DNA of 63,990 nucleotides, filler included, from Basidiobolus ranarum (GCA_040143965.1; 5 parts of 5 records of this genome joined end to end with filler, not necessarily neighbours in it), one strand, 5' to 3'; shown: positions 39,318-54,682, counted from the whole stretch's first letter. Numbers and translations are program-made. Notes: generated by a model from the sequence alone, not told the origin.

Positions 39318-40435
39318 TTAGATTTGCTCCGATGTACCACGTGTTTGGTAATCGTATAATCTGATAAGATTTCTCTCTAGCATGGCCACGGTGACTTTAC
39401 CGACGGAGGGAATGTAGATAGATGCCTTATCAATAACGTCATCTTCGAAGTTTTTGAAAGTAGAGAAGTTAAGGGCGACAACACCATCTTTGAGTAAAGA
39501 GGTAGGAAGCTTATAGGATTTGACAGGAACACCAGTAATCACAACATCCGACATACCAACAACTTCTTCCAAAGTTTTATCACATTCGTAAACCTAATAG
39601 GGCATCATTACTAGAATGTACATACATATAATAACATGGTGTTGGTCATACCTCATGTTTCTTCAATTTCAAACCTTGACCACGATGAAACTCTTGAATA
39701 CCAGTCACATCCACGGAGAAGACCTTGGCACCATCGTTGGCTAAGAGAGCTGCTAGTGGTCTACCAACTACTTCACTGCGGTTGATCACGGTAATGGTTT
39801 TTCCATGGAGACGATCACCGTAGTTTAGGATTTTGTTGTACACACCAACATATTCTAGGATTTTAACAACTGCCAAAGGGGTACAAGGAATGATACATTT
39901 CTGGGACATCTCTGGGTCTAAGTAACGGATATTGTGGTACATGTTATAGCGGTATTTGTGGCCCAAACTCTCTACATCCTTAGCGGGACTGACAACATTT
40001 TGAATATATTGGTCCTGAAAATAGGTAGAAATACTTGAGTATTTAGAACGAATTAACACGGTCAAGCGATTTTACGATACCTGATTGCCACCAAAAACGG
40101 GATAGTACACCATAATACCGTGAATATCTTTGTCCTCGTTTGCCTCCACAACACACTCTTCCAAAGAATTCTTATCAACCTTACGGAGTTCAAACTCAAC
40201 ACCAGTCTCGGCACAAGTTTTTCCGGTCCAGTTGGCATACATGACAGCAGCAGGGTCATCGTTAGCCAAAAAACCAACCAATTTTGGGCGGATACCCTTC
40301 TCTTGGATGATCTGTTTTAACTCCTGTCTTTAAAAGCAAATATAATGAGTGAGAATTATAGAAATGTCAACGGCATCTCTGAACTAACCTGAAGGGAACA
40401 GCGACTTCAGAAGCTAATACTTTCTTGCAAGACAT
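39318..40435 (-). CDS. MTD1: NAD-dependent methylenetetrahydrofolate dehydrogenase
   Basis: PKLVGFLANDDPAAVMYANWT, GIMVYYPVF, IPCTPLAVVKILEY, VINRSEVVGRPLAALLANDGA, VGKVTVAMLERNL. Confidence 0.93.
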
Positions 40436-41056
40436 ACTTTAGATAGAAATAAACTGGAAGGTTTCGTGCAAGCTACTCGAGCAACTGTCGTGTACTTAAA
40501 CCTGTGTAAATTTTTTTTCGTGCCCGTGTCAGTCAAAAGCGGGCGTGTGTTACAATTGGACTTTTGATCACTGGAGTTTGATAAAGATATGTTATCTTAT
40601 CAGAGATCCGAATTGATCACTATAAATTGGGGTTACTCTAATGGGGTAGATTTAAAAAGATTTTCTTTTGGGATATGCTTGCATTCAATAAAGAGATAAT
40701 CTGTAAATTTATATCCTGGACCAAGCAAAGTTCACATTTGATAGGTATGTGGCTCCACCCATTTCCTAATGCGATGTTCAGTTGATGATTTTCTAAAACT
40801 GGTTAACAACCATTATACTTGGGGAAGGTGATGTTTGGGCAATGATTTGGTTCCTTCAGCTATGATCATAGTCAAAATCAAGCGACATATAGATACTCTG
40901 TGGTAAGCATATATTTCAATCCTATCTGGTCTCGTCTAGTATATTATCTCCGATTCACTATGTATAAATAAAATCACATTCAATTCACTTTTGGGTATTC
41001 CTAGGAGTGCTTTAATGATAATGGGGGGGGGGATTTCCTCCCTTTTCAATTTGGCT

Positions 41057-43427
41057 TTACTGTTGAGAATAGGCATCGCGCTTATTGTATATGGTTTCCT
41101 TTAATTCCGCGAAATCATCGTCTGTATAGCCATAGGTTCCTGATTGATACTCTGGCATGGATCTAAGTGAGACCTTGTCAAGGAAAGATGCATAATCCTC
41201 AACAATAGCATGGGTTTGGAAGGTATTACACCATTGAACAATATGAGGTGCTGGTGCTAATTCTATTGACGATAAAAAGGTATAGTTAGTTCACAGAATG
41301 GTGTCTAGTGTGAGGAGATACCATTACCTCCAACTCCGAATTTCCTGAACCAAATAAAAGAAAGTTTTAGCAACTGTATCAATGGCTGTTTTAGCTCACA
41401 AATGTTGTTTACCATTTAGGATATGATTTCATCGCGTTTCTTAGCGCAGATGGCACAGTATTCAGCAAAGGTACTGGTGTTTTGACCGAGAGCGATGGGA
41501 AATAAGCCATATCTTTAGATGGAAACAATGCATTCCAATCCACCAATTCTTCACTAATCAATACAGAGTATAGTTAGTATATAAGTTAAAGTCAGTGTCA
41601 AATCAAACAATAGAAACACTCACGATGAGAGCAATTGAAGACCGCGATGCACTGAGACCTGTCCAAACAAGGAAGAGTTCTATTTGCCAATTGAGTAAAA
41701 GCTTAGCATGTATACAGCTGTTATAATCCAGAGATCAAAATCAGTACATCTTGAATTTCTAATCCTGCTAAGTTTATCTGCTTAGGTGAGGAGAGGGCCA
41801 GGATGGATGAGAGTAGAGCAACATTTGAGGAGGATTCTGCTTGAAGTAGGCCAATTAGATCAGCTATTTGTTGACTGGGTCCCTTCAAACTATATACACA
41901 TTATTAACAAAGGGAGAGGGTGTGGGAAGCTGAGGGACAACAAACCGCAGAGGTAAAGTGGCAGTCTCGATAGCCATGCTTAAGATGGAACTGGTTTGAT
42001 AGGGGTTAAGTGGCTATTGATGAAGTAATTTAGACTGTGTGTTTGGTTGGAATCTTCCCAAGCAAGATAAATACCACGTTTTGATCTAGCTGGGGTGGAA
42101 CCATAGGAACGATCACACTGGAGAGCTCTGACAAATGGCCGAAGCTAAGAATGCTATTCAACTTCTGCTTAACTGTTAAATTCTAAAAATATTTTAGGGA
42201 TGTACTTGAGAATCGGTTGACGTTGCATCTCAATACCTTGTCGGCTATAGAAAAGGTCATAACCGGAGTCTTTGGATAGTCATCCTTCAAGAACTCGAGG
42301 TAACTGGCCGTGAACCCACCGAATCCATCAGAAACACTAGCCATGACATTAATGCACTCAATTGAATGAATAGTTAGTATTTGTAGGAAATACTCAGCGC
42401 AATTGTGAATGACACACCTGCAGATAGTCGCACTCTTCCGCAAATTGACGAAAGCTCGTGTCAATAGTTTCGGATTCCTTGAATTGTGGATGTTAGAGTT
42501 CATTTGTCCTCTTAGAATGCACGAATAGATCTCTTGTACCCTTTCGAACTCTTGGAATATATCGATTCCATTGTTATAGCAATCAAATTTGTTGAGTTCA
42601 CTTTGATATGAGATTTGTGATATTTCGTTGACCGTACGAGGATGATAATACATGCGATTAAAATCAGACCAACTCTTAACATCTGCGTCGTTCAGTGTCT
42701 GAATAAGGAGTAATGTAAGAGAGTGTTGGTGTTTGAAGCTGTAGATGTAAATATGACTCGTCGAATACTTTGTCAATTTTGTTGGCGCTTGAATACTCTG
42801 CTACAGGTGCGCTGGAGTTAATATGTGAATCGACATCGCCCTCCCTGTTGGTCGAGTAAAGATGTCAGAGCTGAACTAAATGAATAAACATCACTTGCAA
42901 AACCAACCATGTCATAATATCATTGTCTTCATCTTTAGTAACTCCATACAACTCGGATACCTTTGGAATGGAACCAAAACCACCTACCAGCAAAATCTGC
43001 TTAATACGTACTATCTCAAATGTCTTTACTACAACAAAAACTTCTTTGAAATTCACCTTTCATGTCATAGATAAGAAGTCTTGGGGTATATGTATCGACT
43101 CCCTATAAAGCAAAAGTAGGCTTAAATAGATGAAAATAATATTTCATGGTCATCTTTCATTGCATACTGATTGAGTTTTTCCTTCACGAAACAAGACGTC
43201 GTGATCAAATTCCGGAACGGAAGAATCTCCATAACTGAAATACGCTTCCTTATTGACGTTCCCGAAATAAAGAAAACAAAGATATCGGAAGGTTAATTGT
43301 GGGGATAAAGCTAAACAGTTCTCGTACTATATTCTTTTTATAAACTACAAAAGACCTGTGTATTCCAGAAATGTGTTCCAACAAAATTTGCATACTGGCC
43401 GAACTGTAAAGTTAATATTTCGCGCAT
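41057..43427 (-). CDS. DML1: Misato/DML1 tubulin-FtsZ-like protein, multi-exon
   Basis: MREILTLQFGQYANFVGTHFWNTQ, DHDVLFREG, YTPRLLIYDMKG, VKSWSDFNRMYYHP, FAEECDYLQ, DGFGGFTA. Confidence 0.9.
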
Positions 43428-45167
43428 ATTTGTCTATCTACGCCACCAGAAGGTAAAGCTCTGGTAATATCTTTCGTGGTATTCCTTCTGGTGGATTTTT
43501 TTTGGTTCTTATGATGGCAAAAAAATCCGGATTACATAAAGTTCGATTTTATTCCTTGGGTACTAAATTCGATCATTTTGAAATCCTATGCCTTTTCTGT
43601 GACCACTTTAATACGGCAAACATATAAAATAATCGTGACGTTCAGTAGTTGAGATCTCTAATCATTGTCAAACGTATTCTTAAACGCTAACAGAGGCAAA
43701 ATTGATATTTCATACATGCGAAGTACCGTTTAATGAAAGGAAATACACCGTAAACAGTGCTAATATAGCTTAATGGTTCAGACAATGAATTATCTTGTGA
43801 CTCGAACTTTTCTCGCTAAACAATGAGATCAAGATATTACAACTAAACTCAAAAAACGTCGCTTAATTTGGCTACAGCTATATCTAAAGCCAGCTTTGCT
43901 GTCAAATGCGTGGATGTGTTGTAAAGAGTGTAATAGCGAGCTTCATACCAACAATACATATATTTTTGGTTGAGAGGCACTAGTGCACTATTGCAGCCTA
44001 TCTGGTTGGAACAGTTTAAGAGACGTTGATGAATGTAATATCAACTCTCTTACATCATTAAATCAACCGTTGGTTAACTTGAAACATCTGAAGTAGAATT
44101 CAACTTTCACTGCACCATCTACAATTCAAGAGATAACTGCATGGCTGTCTAACCGGTTAGTTTCTATACAGATCTGGTTATAGTTGATGTTGGCATGGTT
44201 GTACTTGATTTTCATTGAGTTGAAGTCTCCGGTATATCCATCATCTGAAATCAGATGCGGAAATTAGGCTTATACTCTTAAATAAACTCATAAAGAACAG
44301 AAACATAGTATCGCCTAGGTTCGGGATATGTGAATATATATCACCAATGTATCAAATGTCGGTCTTCCATCTTAACCACATCCCATTGCCTTCTGCTAAT
44401 AGCTGTCTACTTATCGATCAGGCACACAAAACAACAGGATGTTGTATAAGTGGATATCTATAGTTTGTTAGTTGACTTTGGGTGTTGTTTGACATCAGGT
44501 GGGTTTCAATATGGAGAAGCTGTACTATTTGGTAAATTAAGAGCGAGCCAAGTATGGGATAGGCCCGTTAATTTTGAACAGGTGAATTGCTAATCAACAT
44601 TATTTGCTTGTGTAAACATAAATATCTCACACATCTATGAATCTCAGTAGCCTTAGCCTGGCTGCTCAAATGCATTCAGAAGATCAGGCCTATAGACTCC
44701 GACATATATCCCATACTGGCTCGGATGGCAGTCGTATATCTAGTGCGGGCTTTGAATGGCGTAGGTATGGAGAAAGCGTAGCTCAGGGTTACCGCAGTGA
44801 GACTCAAGTAATGAGTAGCTGGTTGAAGTCACCACGTAAGTGGTCTCATTAGTACAACAAACTCAGGTTTTCGGACTATTTATTCGATGAAAAGTTAATT
44901 ACATAAGCATAATGAGAGATTAGACGTGATTTGAAGCATTTTACTCTTTGTATCATTCAGTCTCAAATAAATCACCTTTATAAAGATAAATTATGAGATC
45001 GATGGGACAAAACATTGACTATTTACATTGAAGGTCAGTACCGAAACTTCGAAGAATGTTTGTTCATGACATGACAGATGTTCCGAAGAAATGGAAAACT
45101 CCCGAAGTGGGCGCTTCGTCAGGAGACATTCGCAAACGACCAATATTTCATGATCTAGCAACATCTC

Positions 45168-46348
45168 TCACTGGCCATATTTACGTCTCAAATCCTCAAT
45201 TTGGGTCTCTTTTTCTAGCTCAAACCGTCTTCTAGCCGATTCAAGCTCCCACTCTATTTTACGCTTTTCCAATTGAAGGCATTGCTCCTCCCAATCAATC
45301 TTACGCTTATCTAGTTTCAATCGGTCCTCTTCCCAGTCGAGCTTTCGTTTCTCTAACTTTAGTCTCTCCTCTTCTAGTGCAAACTTTCGTTTTTCCGAAG
45401 CTGACCTTTCATCTGGCCGGCGTTTAAGGTTGAAGTTGTTTCCAGAGATTGGATACATATTTGCGCTGGCGGTATTCACTAGAGGTGTTGGTTCATGACT
45501 TTGTTCTCGATCTACATCTAACGACTCAGCGGTACGACGCCTTTTCGACATGTTTAAAATAAGAGGGCTTTCCCCACCCATACCAGACATTGGTGAGTTT
45601 TCAGGGTCACTGTCTAAGTCATCCATCAAAGGTGTTCCAAAGAAACTTTGTCCAAAGCCATCGTTGGATCCATTGAGTCCCACCTCATGGCCGAATAAAA
45701 TATCCAAACGATCGTAAAATTGTAGATTCGGCCTAGAGTGTACGGAAGCTGAATGCGAACCATTCAAACTAGCACTTTGTTGAGCAATTTGTGCTAGTCG
45801 ACTGTTAACATACTCTTTCTTCAAACGTTCCTAAATTCAATTAATCAAATTTAAATATACCGTCCAGTATGGATACTTTCAGATAAATAATTGGCTTGGA
45901 TAGACTTCTTTACCAGTTTATTCTTGACTTGCTGCCAAGTGAAACCCAAGGAAGCAGCAGCCTGACGGTAGAATTCATTTTTTTTGAGATTATTATAGTC
46001 CTCAAAGTGTGTCTCAAGATATTTCAACAAACGAGCTATATTTTCAGTTGTCCAAAAGGGGGAGAAGTTATTAGCACGTGCAAGTGAACTTGAGTTTGTC
46101 CCGCCATTACTTGTTTGCTGAACTCCGTCTTGTATTAAGGTGAGGTTCTCCATTTTATTGTGTCCGTTGTCTACTATATTTACATCATGGGCAATGGAGG
46201 ATAGTTGATGGGACGCGTTGGAAGTAACCCCGGAATCTCTGGTTCCAAACTCGTTATTAGGCGTGTCATTTAACTCGTTGTCACCACCACTTAATTGGGA
46301 GTTGGAAGGACGTTCATTAACACGTAAATTCAATAAAGTAGAATCCAT
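45168..46348 (-). CDS. Myb/SANT-like (trihelix) DNA-binding protein with C-terminal coiled coil
   Basis: WTTENIARLL...FYRQAA..LGFTWQQVKNKL|ERLKKEY...FYDRLDILFG. Intron at ~45912-45830. Three 14-aa repeats of the type EEERLKLEKRKLDW. Start codon uncertain. Confidence 0.75.
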
Positions 46349-46721
46349 TTCATAGTATTCTGCTGAATTTTCCTCCTTGAGATTGACGACACTTTGACTA
46401 AACCCGTACGTTGTGGTGTAGTTCAAAGTGGATATATTTAATGTATTGGTATATATGTTAATAATTCCAACTATTGAACCAACAAAATCACTTCAGTTGT
46501 GATGGTACAATGATCTTTCAATTGACAAAGCGATAATTTTGCGGATTTTCAATTGTGGTGATTAAGCTTTGCCTCCATGCATGAAAATCCACCCATTGAA
46601 TTTTCTTGGCAAAATATTGTTCTGTATTTGTATTATTTACAATGATCATCAAAATAATATATGACACATGATATACTTGTATGTATGATGAACCTCTTTG
46701 CGAAACACAACCAGTTATACA

Positions 46722-47850
46722 ATGAATCAAAAGTTGAACTTGGACCAGAGACTATTCTCACATATTAACACGATCGTAAAGGATCATTTTTCAAGGAAGG
46801 CTAGAAACTCAAAGTTGGATATTTTCACACTTGGCAAGTGATTTCATAGAAGCCATTTTTTCAACATTATTTTTAATATTTACTTTTTTATCAGATGTCC
46901 TTGCGGTTGTGTGTGGCTTAAGGTAGTTGGCTATATATACATGTGTATAGATTACTATAATTCAGCAACATTGATAATAACATTATAGTAAAAGAACTAG
47001 TCTACTAGTTGATATATTTTTTCTAGAAATTGAAGAGGTGAAAGGATTTCTAGAAGCACTGAACGTAAATACAATCAACCACTTTGTTTCCTAGAACTTA
47101 ACTCACATATACGTGTAGCAATGTGAAACAGATCTACGCCTTTTAACCTCCAAACTTCGCGGATTACAGTTTTCAGATTCGTATACGTTTATATGCCACC
47201 TTGAACTTCTGAAAGAACAGGTGGAAGTAGGACTAGGTTCGTATACAATTATAAACGCGGACGAGAAATTGAAGAAACCTCAACTTGTAAGCTTGTCTAT
47301 GTCGAATTATTTTATTGTTCGAAATGTTAATAATACTTGCTCCAGCTTGAAGTTAATGAGCATACAAGTGTTACTTCTTCCCTAAGGAACTACATAGATG
47401 AGCTTTTAGTGCCTTTTCTATCTTCCTCGCGCCTTGTACTATATGCTTCAAGTCTACCTCCCATGCTAATCACATTCACGGGTTGGCTGCTAAACTACCC
47501 AATTGCTTATTATCAACCAGGAGATACTCAGACTAACAAAAACTGTCTTTCTAATGAGCCTCTTACCTTATTTAGAGTGATGGTAAATCCTTCGTTTGAC
47601 ATCCTTTCGTAATATGATTTCTGTTAACCATTTATAATGTAATAAGACTAATAGAGATTGTTTTAGAAAATCAAGAGGCACATATGAGCATATTCTTCTG
47701 AGCTTTAGCGTTCCATCGGACTTAAATTTAAAAGAAACTATTCAAATAGAATTCTCGCAAAAATTGAAGGAAAGATTTGAAAAGCAATCATTTTGGGAGA
47801 GTTTTCAAGTAGTCATCAGTCAAGTATTACTACCAAGTATCTCTCTATGA
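46722..47850 (+). CDS. C1orf74/DUF4504-like protein, multi-exon
   Basis: DVLAVVCGL, ITFTGWLLNYPIAYY, NCLSNEPL, LLSFSVP, C-terminal VLLPSISL*. Confidence 0.65.
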
Positions 47851-47994
47851 AAACGCCATTGTACAGACAATTTGGTCAAGAATCATCATTTATTTTGGTA
47901 TCGCTATATTATTAAAAAGCATTATTGCATCGAGTGAGAATATTCTGAATGGATTTATTTATGTATGAAAGTATGCAAAGAATGCCATGAAAGC

Positions 47995-48768
47995 CTAATA
48001 CTTGAATGTTGCCTTCTTCCGATTACGGTTACGTTTACTTCTAAGGTCAGTTAATTCCCCAATGACTGTTTCAGGGAAGGGTGGAGAGGCAAGAGTGGGA
48101 GTGTAGGTAACCTCGGCAACACTATCGGGTTCAGTGTCGAAAGGACCATCTAAAAAAATGAAATACATAAACATTCCAGTAGAGGGGACAACAAAGAACC
48201 AAAAACGACCTACCTTTTCTGTTTTCTTTGTACTCAAGGTAAACAGGTTTGGGGATTTCGGTGTTGGTACCAGCAGCAAAACGACGCCATTCTAATTTAC
48301 CGCTCTCAGTGTTGGGAAGTTTTCTCATATCAATCTTGGTGGGACGTCTGTTAAACACAAAAATAAGCAGAAAATCTCAAATAAAATGAGAATATCAATA
48401 GCTAACCTAGTGTTGGGATCGAGAAGTGCGACATTTGATACATGAATGGGCATTTCTTTTTGAACTTTACCAGAAGGTGTAGAGTCACTCATAGGAACGT
48501 GTTTCCAGACCTACACAAACAATTATAAGCAACTGCAATGGAGAATAGACGTTTTATTTGAACTTACAAGGTTCTTTTCAGCAACCACAACACTATTATT
48601 TTTACGAACAACTTGAGCAATTCTTCCAGTTTCACCTTTATCTTTACCAGTGACTATCATAACCTCGTCACCTTTGACTAGGTTCCAGGTTTTAAGCAAG
48701 TCTCTGGGATTCACCCAGTGTTCCTTGGGCAGAATTCTGCTGGAAAGTCTCATAAGATTTCTAGGCAT
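47995..48768 (-). CDS. Mitochondrial ribosomal protein uL24m (KOW)
   Basis: WNLVKGDEVMIVTGKDKGETG, KEMPIHVSNVALLDP, DGPFDT; 4 exons. Confidence 0.88.
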
Positions 48769-49161
48769 GTTGGATTGAGAAGATAAGCAGAAACCTTGGA
48801 AACAATTCCAAACTTAACATTCACCAAGAAATTTTCACTCATGTGAATACCCCTCGAGAAAGATCATTCAACCCATTAAAACAGTAAGAATTTTTTAGTT
48901 GAGTAAATCAGTGAGAATTCCATTTACATTAATTGTTTATCGAGAAGTCCTAGTTTACTCAATTCTATTTGAAACTAAGTAAAAATTTCCCGAGAATTGA
49001 TTTAACCAAACATAACTTAGACTTCATCGAAAAATTTCCACTCGAAAGTCAGTCACTCATTTAAAGTAAAAATTTTGAACATTTGCTAATTCTCAGTGGT
49101 GAATGAAGCTTTTATCTCGTGTTCACATTCCTCTCCACTCAGCGGTCTGGTTCAACACGAT

Positions 49162-49854
49162 ATGCTATCGACTCTGTCTCTAAACATATACAAAAATGCC
49201 GCCAAGGCGTGCACTTCGGTCACAAAATATACTCACAGTACTTTTATGACTCCATGTATGCATTTCCTCTTGAAGTATTTATGTGCTTTGAACTATCAAT
49301 AATGACACTCTTCTTATTACAGTATTTACCCGTCAATTCCATCAAAACCATCTTTTATCCAGTAAGTCTTCGGAATTTAGAGTTTCTATCCAGTTTATAA
49401 CGAACGGAATGAGTAATATATATATCTAATCACTCACCTTACCACAGATGAACAAGGTTCCACTTTAAAGCATGGACCAGAAACCATCAAAGCTGTCAAT
49501 ACTCTTAGAGACCAACTCCGTTATTACGCCATTGCTGAAATTGCTGGACGTCCTTTTCTTGTCACTAAGAATGATGTCGTTGTAGTGGATCATATGAAAG
49601 AGGTCGAGTTAGGGGATGTTTTGAAGTTGAATAGAATTCGTGAGCTTGGTTCCAAAGATTATACTATTCAAGGAAAACCTTACGTGGCTTCAGATTTCTA
49701 CAGTGTTCGCGCTACTGTCATCGAGCAACCTAAAGGAAAGCAAATCGAGATCATTAAGAAGAAAAGAAGAAAGGGTTATCAACGTCGACTTACCCACAGA
49801 CAACCCTATACTGTTCTCAGAATCTCTGAAGTGGAGGTTAATAAACTGGAATAG
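49162..49854 (+). CDS. Mitochondrial ribosomal protein bL21m
   Basis: YYAIAEIAGRPFLVTKNDVV, GSKDYTIQGKPY, KKRRKGYQRRLTHRQPYTVLRI. Confidence 0.88.
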
Positions 49855-51340
49855 ATACCCATCATACAATTGGCAAAATTCATTATTGACTCTTCATTGG
49901 TTCACTCTTTCCCTCTCTCTTATTCACACCCATTATGTTCCACTTCACAGCACCACCCATTCTTTATTGAATAGATTTAGATTTCTTTGCAGATTGATTT
50001 AAATCTACCTTTTACTTTACAATAGACTTGGTCATCTTTGTTAAACTTACCATGTTATACATTAGCAATGATCGATTGAATGAATATTGTTAAATGGCAT
50101 ATTATTAGTAAATCTAAACTCAAATAACGTTAGTTTGCTGAGACATCTGGAGTAGAGTCTTCCTTAATAATCAGCAGCAGCCGCTTGTAAGCAATATGAA
50201 TATCATCAAGAGCTGGCGATTCAGCATGTATAGCTGAATTGTAGTCGGCACGTGAAAGGAAGGGGTAGCTTAATTAATGTTCGGCCAAGTCAAATCATGT
50301 GATATTTTCTTATATTTTCACACAATATGCATGTTGCGCATAATGCAATTGACCATTCAACTCTCTTGTAATGTTTGATTATTATTCGTAGTTCTCCGGC
50401 AGAAAGTAGCTAAAGGTGTCTACATTAATGTTACCAAAGCAGTAATAACATACCATGACCCAACTGGGATATCGACTCTCTTGAAACTGATCCAAGAGAC
50501 TATTCCAATAGCGAACAACTCATTCACTGTCTTTCACATAACGGAAGAGCCACCAGCCTTGCCAATGATGTTGCTAGATATGCGCTCAAGATCAGATTGC
50601 GTGGATTAAGCGCATTCGTACATCAATTTAATATACAACATCAGCACAGTTGTCGTTAGGATATGCGGCGAATTGCCCAGACTACGGTTGAGGCTGAATG
50701 GTGAGTCCCTATTTTAGAAACTTTGACATCTGCGCTTTCTATGACTCGCCACAAACCAACGGCAATGCGGATGAGATTATCCTTTAGTCAGGGGAGCCTA
50801 GCAAAGGGGTTTAGGCTTCTTCGGCTTGTGATTGCGACGCATGTATACTTCACGACCATGAATCATCCAGAGTCGATCCATATTACGTGTTCCCTAAAGA
50901 GGAAAAAGTCACTTGTGATTTGAAGATCCTTCGGCTCTAGGCAAAGCCAATCTCTGACTCCCCATCCACACCTCAGACTCATCCTGCCACACTGTGTTTT
51001 ACAAGCGCTAAATGGAGCCCCCAATCGAAGCGATTTCTTGGCCAGGAAGCATGCAGTGTACTCTTTCCTGTTAAGGACAATTCAACGCATTGAGCACATG
51101 AATCGCTGAATTGCTACATTGTTCTTTACAATGATCCAAGATTGTTTGTAATTCACTTCTACTTCGTAATACTGAATGACCGGTCAAATGGCACAATTTC
51201 CAAAATAGTCTGTCGTATGATGAATTGCCTTTTTATGGTTACCTAGTCAATTCGGAAACCCTTTGGATACCCATTGGACCTGAGTTTCTATTCGAATCTT
51301 GCTCTCAACTTGGATAACAGGCATTGGTTGTCTAATACAT

Positions 51341-51440
51341 NNNNNNNNNNNNNNNNNNNNNNNNNNNNNNNNNNNNNNNNNNNNTTAATTAATTAANNNN
51401 NNNNNNNNNNNNNNNNNNNNNNNNNNNNNNNNNNNNNNNN
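51341..51440. other. Artificial contig linker
   Basis: N44-TTAATTAATTAA-N44. Confidence 0.98.
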
Positions 51441-52127
<687 letters not shown>

Positions 52128-52464
52128 ATTGATTGTTTTTAGGTAGCTTTATTTATTAGCTATTCTTCACCATCCATATACTTCATGTACACCACATTGA
52201 CACCAACTCTTCTCTTCCCTTCCCTTCCCTTCCCTTATCCTCCTTTTAACTCTCACTCTTTCATTACCTGTATCCCTTCTCTCTATTTAGAATTTATCGT
52301 AATGAATGGAAGAGTAAATTTAACTTTCATATTTTTCTCTCTAAACTTCACTAATGATTGAATTATGTTCACCAATAAATGAAAGAAACTTTTCTCCAAA
52401 TCAATAGGGATGGTCAAGTTTATTGTTTAGGCCTGCTTGACTTCGAATGAAGATTAAATCAAAT

Positions 52465-53974
52465 TCAAAAGGTCTTATCTATATGCTCAATGAAGTACTT
52501 CACCATGGCAGTCACTTCCTTACCCACTGGGATGATTCTCTCAGGAGGTATAATGAAACCTGGTGAGCTACTAGATGGAGATAGCTCTATAGTCATACCA
52601 GCAGTGATAAATCCTTGCTTTTTAGTAACTTGTTCACCGAAAAACCAATCGTCTGCACCCCCAGAAGCGACATATAAAGTAGCATCCATTTGAGGTACAT
52701 AATGATTCTCAGGATTTATCTTGGTTACTGCTGCTTTCATACCTTTACCTAGAGCAGTAAAAGCACTGTCCCATGGGCTTTTTTGTTGAGTCCATCCATA
52801 TGGCCACATAATTAACTCACCATACGCATGGAAATCAATGGCACCGACAATACGTGGTTGTTGAAGGTAATATTTCATCAGACTGGCTACTTCGGGTTCA
52901 CTACCTGGACTAGCCCCGAGATATGTATCATCTTGGGGATTGTGAGAGGAGCCGCCTTGGTCCCAGTGATCAGGCCAGTTACGATTCTGAAATATTGGTT
53001 AAGATGGTTGATAACATCTAACAGTCTATGTCTTCATTACTTACCAAGTCTACTCCATACGTGTTGTTGTATATCAAACGTCGATTCTTACGCCATAAGC
53101 GATCTGTAGTCCAAGAGTAACTGTATCCTGAAAAGATAGAAGTTAAAGTTAGCTCCATTCATATTCTTGTAGTGAAGTGATGAAAGTTAAAGATGACCAA
53201 TTTCATATTTCTGCGAAAACTTACCATCGGGGTTAGTAACAGGTATGATAATGATCTCAAAGTTATCAAGTATCCATTTAATGGAAGAATCTTTCGGATA
53301 TTCGGAAACTAAGGAATCCGCAAGGTATTGCATGCTTGAACCGGAGATCCATTCTCTTGCATGTTGCAACCTGTAGCCATTCAATTAAGTATAGAATGCA
53401 ACAAATAGTTGACATGGAAGCTTACCCTTGGAACCAGAATTGCTTTTTGTTGGAACCAATGCTACTAGTTAGGTGTAGTGCTGGAATATCTCTCCCTTCG
53501 ATTGATTCCCCGATCGAAGGGACGAGTTTAACTAAAGTTGGATAAGTATTGGCAAGAGTGTCTAGCCATTCCACAATATCTTCATAAGTATGATAGCTAG
53601 AATGCCAATCCGACACCTTGAAATTATCAGTAAATAATAAGGGTATGAGTGGATACTACATTGGTACTTACTGCTCTTTTGAATAATTGTGCTCTTAGTA
53701 AAAGTGCCTCATGGTCAATTTTGCTCTGAATATCTTCGATCAGCACTTTGTACTCGAAACGTTTAAAAAGGTCTAATTCGTTGGAGATCACACGTACATG
53801 CAGCTCTTGCCCTGAATTCTTCCATATGTCGTAGCCACGTTCTTGAACAAATTTTACTGTCACTGGAGATCTTTTCAAGTCAATAAGTTTGTGACTGTCA
53901 TAACGAACTCTTGTAGGTAAACCAAAAACAATACTTGATATCAAATATGTTGCAAGTAAAAGAATGGGGTACAT
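52465..53974 (-). CDS. Secreted zinc carboxypeptidase, family M14A, with propeptide
   Basis: Signal peptide; YHTYEDIVEWL, HAREW, NPDG, LWRKNR, DFHAYG, ASGGADDW, TIEL. Confidence 0.92.
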
Positions 53975-54682
53975 AGATGCTAGGAGGGCGTATCTATTTG
54001 AGAGGGTATCTATTGGTATATAGTTGTGTTTGAGAAAGGGAATGATCTAATACCAGCATAGGTATTCTCGAAGGAAAAAGACCAGAATCTTCTACTGAGG
54101 CAATCCTTTGAAGCAATCCTTGAAAGCCATATCAAACGTTCTTAAGTACTGATTCTAATGGACTGTTCCCCTTCCTAAAATTCCATACTTTTCTCTGAAT
54201 AACGGGCCATTAAAAATCGAAAAGTTTATGCTCCCCTTTATTGTATCGTACATAACTGCAATATTTGTTAGGTTAGCTTTGCCTAACAGAAGGGGTTCAA
54301 ATCAAGATGTAGAACATATGCCAACAATGTTGGTGAGAGACACTGCTTGGAATAATCTCAGAGTTCGCGGAGAAATAATGTGTAACCATCTGTAACGATT
54401 TGTGGCATAGTGGTTATTGCTGACTCCTTAAATCAGTGTTCCATTTCAAATTGACTTATAAACATTAGCTTGTAAAATCTCCTTTGCATATAGAGAAACA
54501 ATCGACCGTCATATATGAGCCACGATAGCAAGTCGTTGTTCTTCCCTTCCAAGTCAAGCGTGATTTTCTAGGGGGGGAAATTAAGCCTAACCAAACCAAG
54601 CAACCTTTGAGCATTTCTACTCTACCTTCTCTTGAGTCGATACTATTTCGAATATTTAAAAAAAAGGAAGATATCGATCGAG

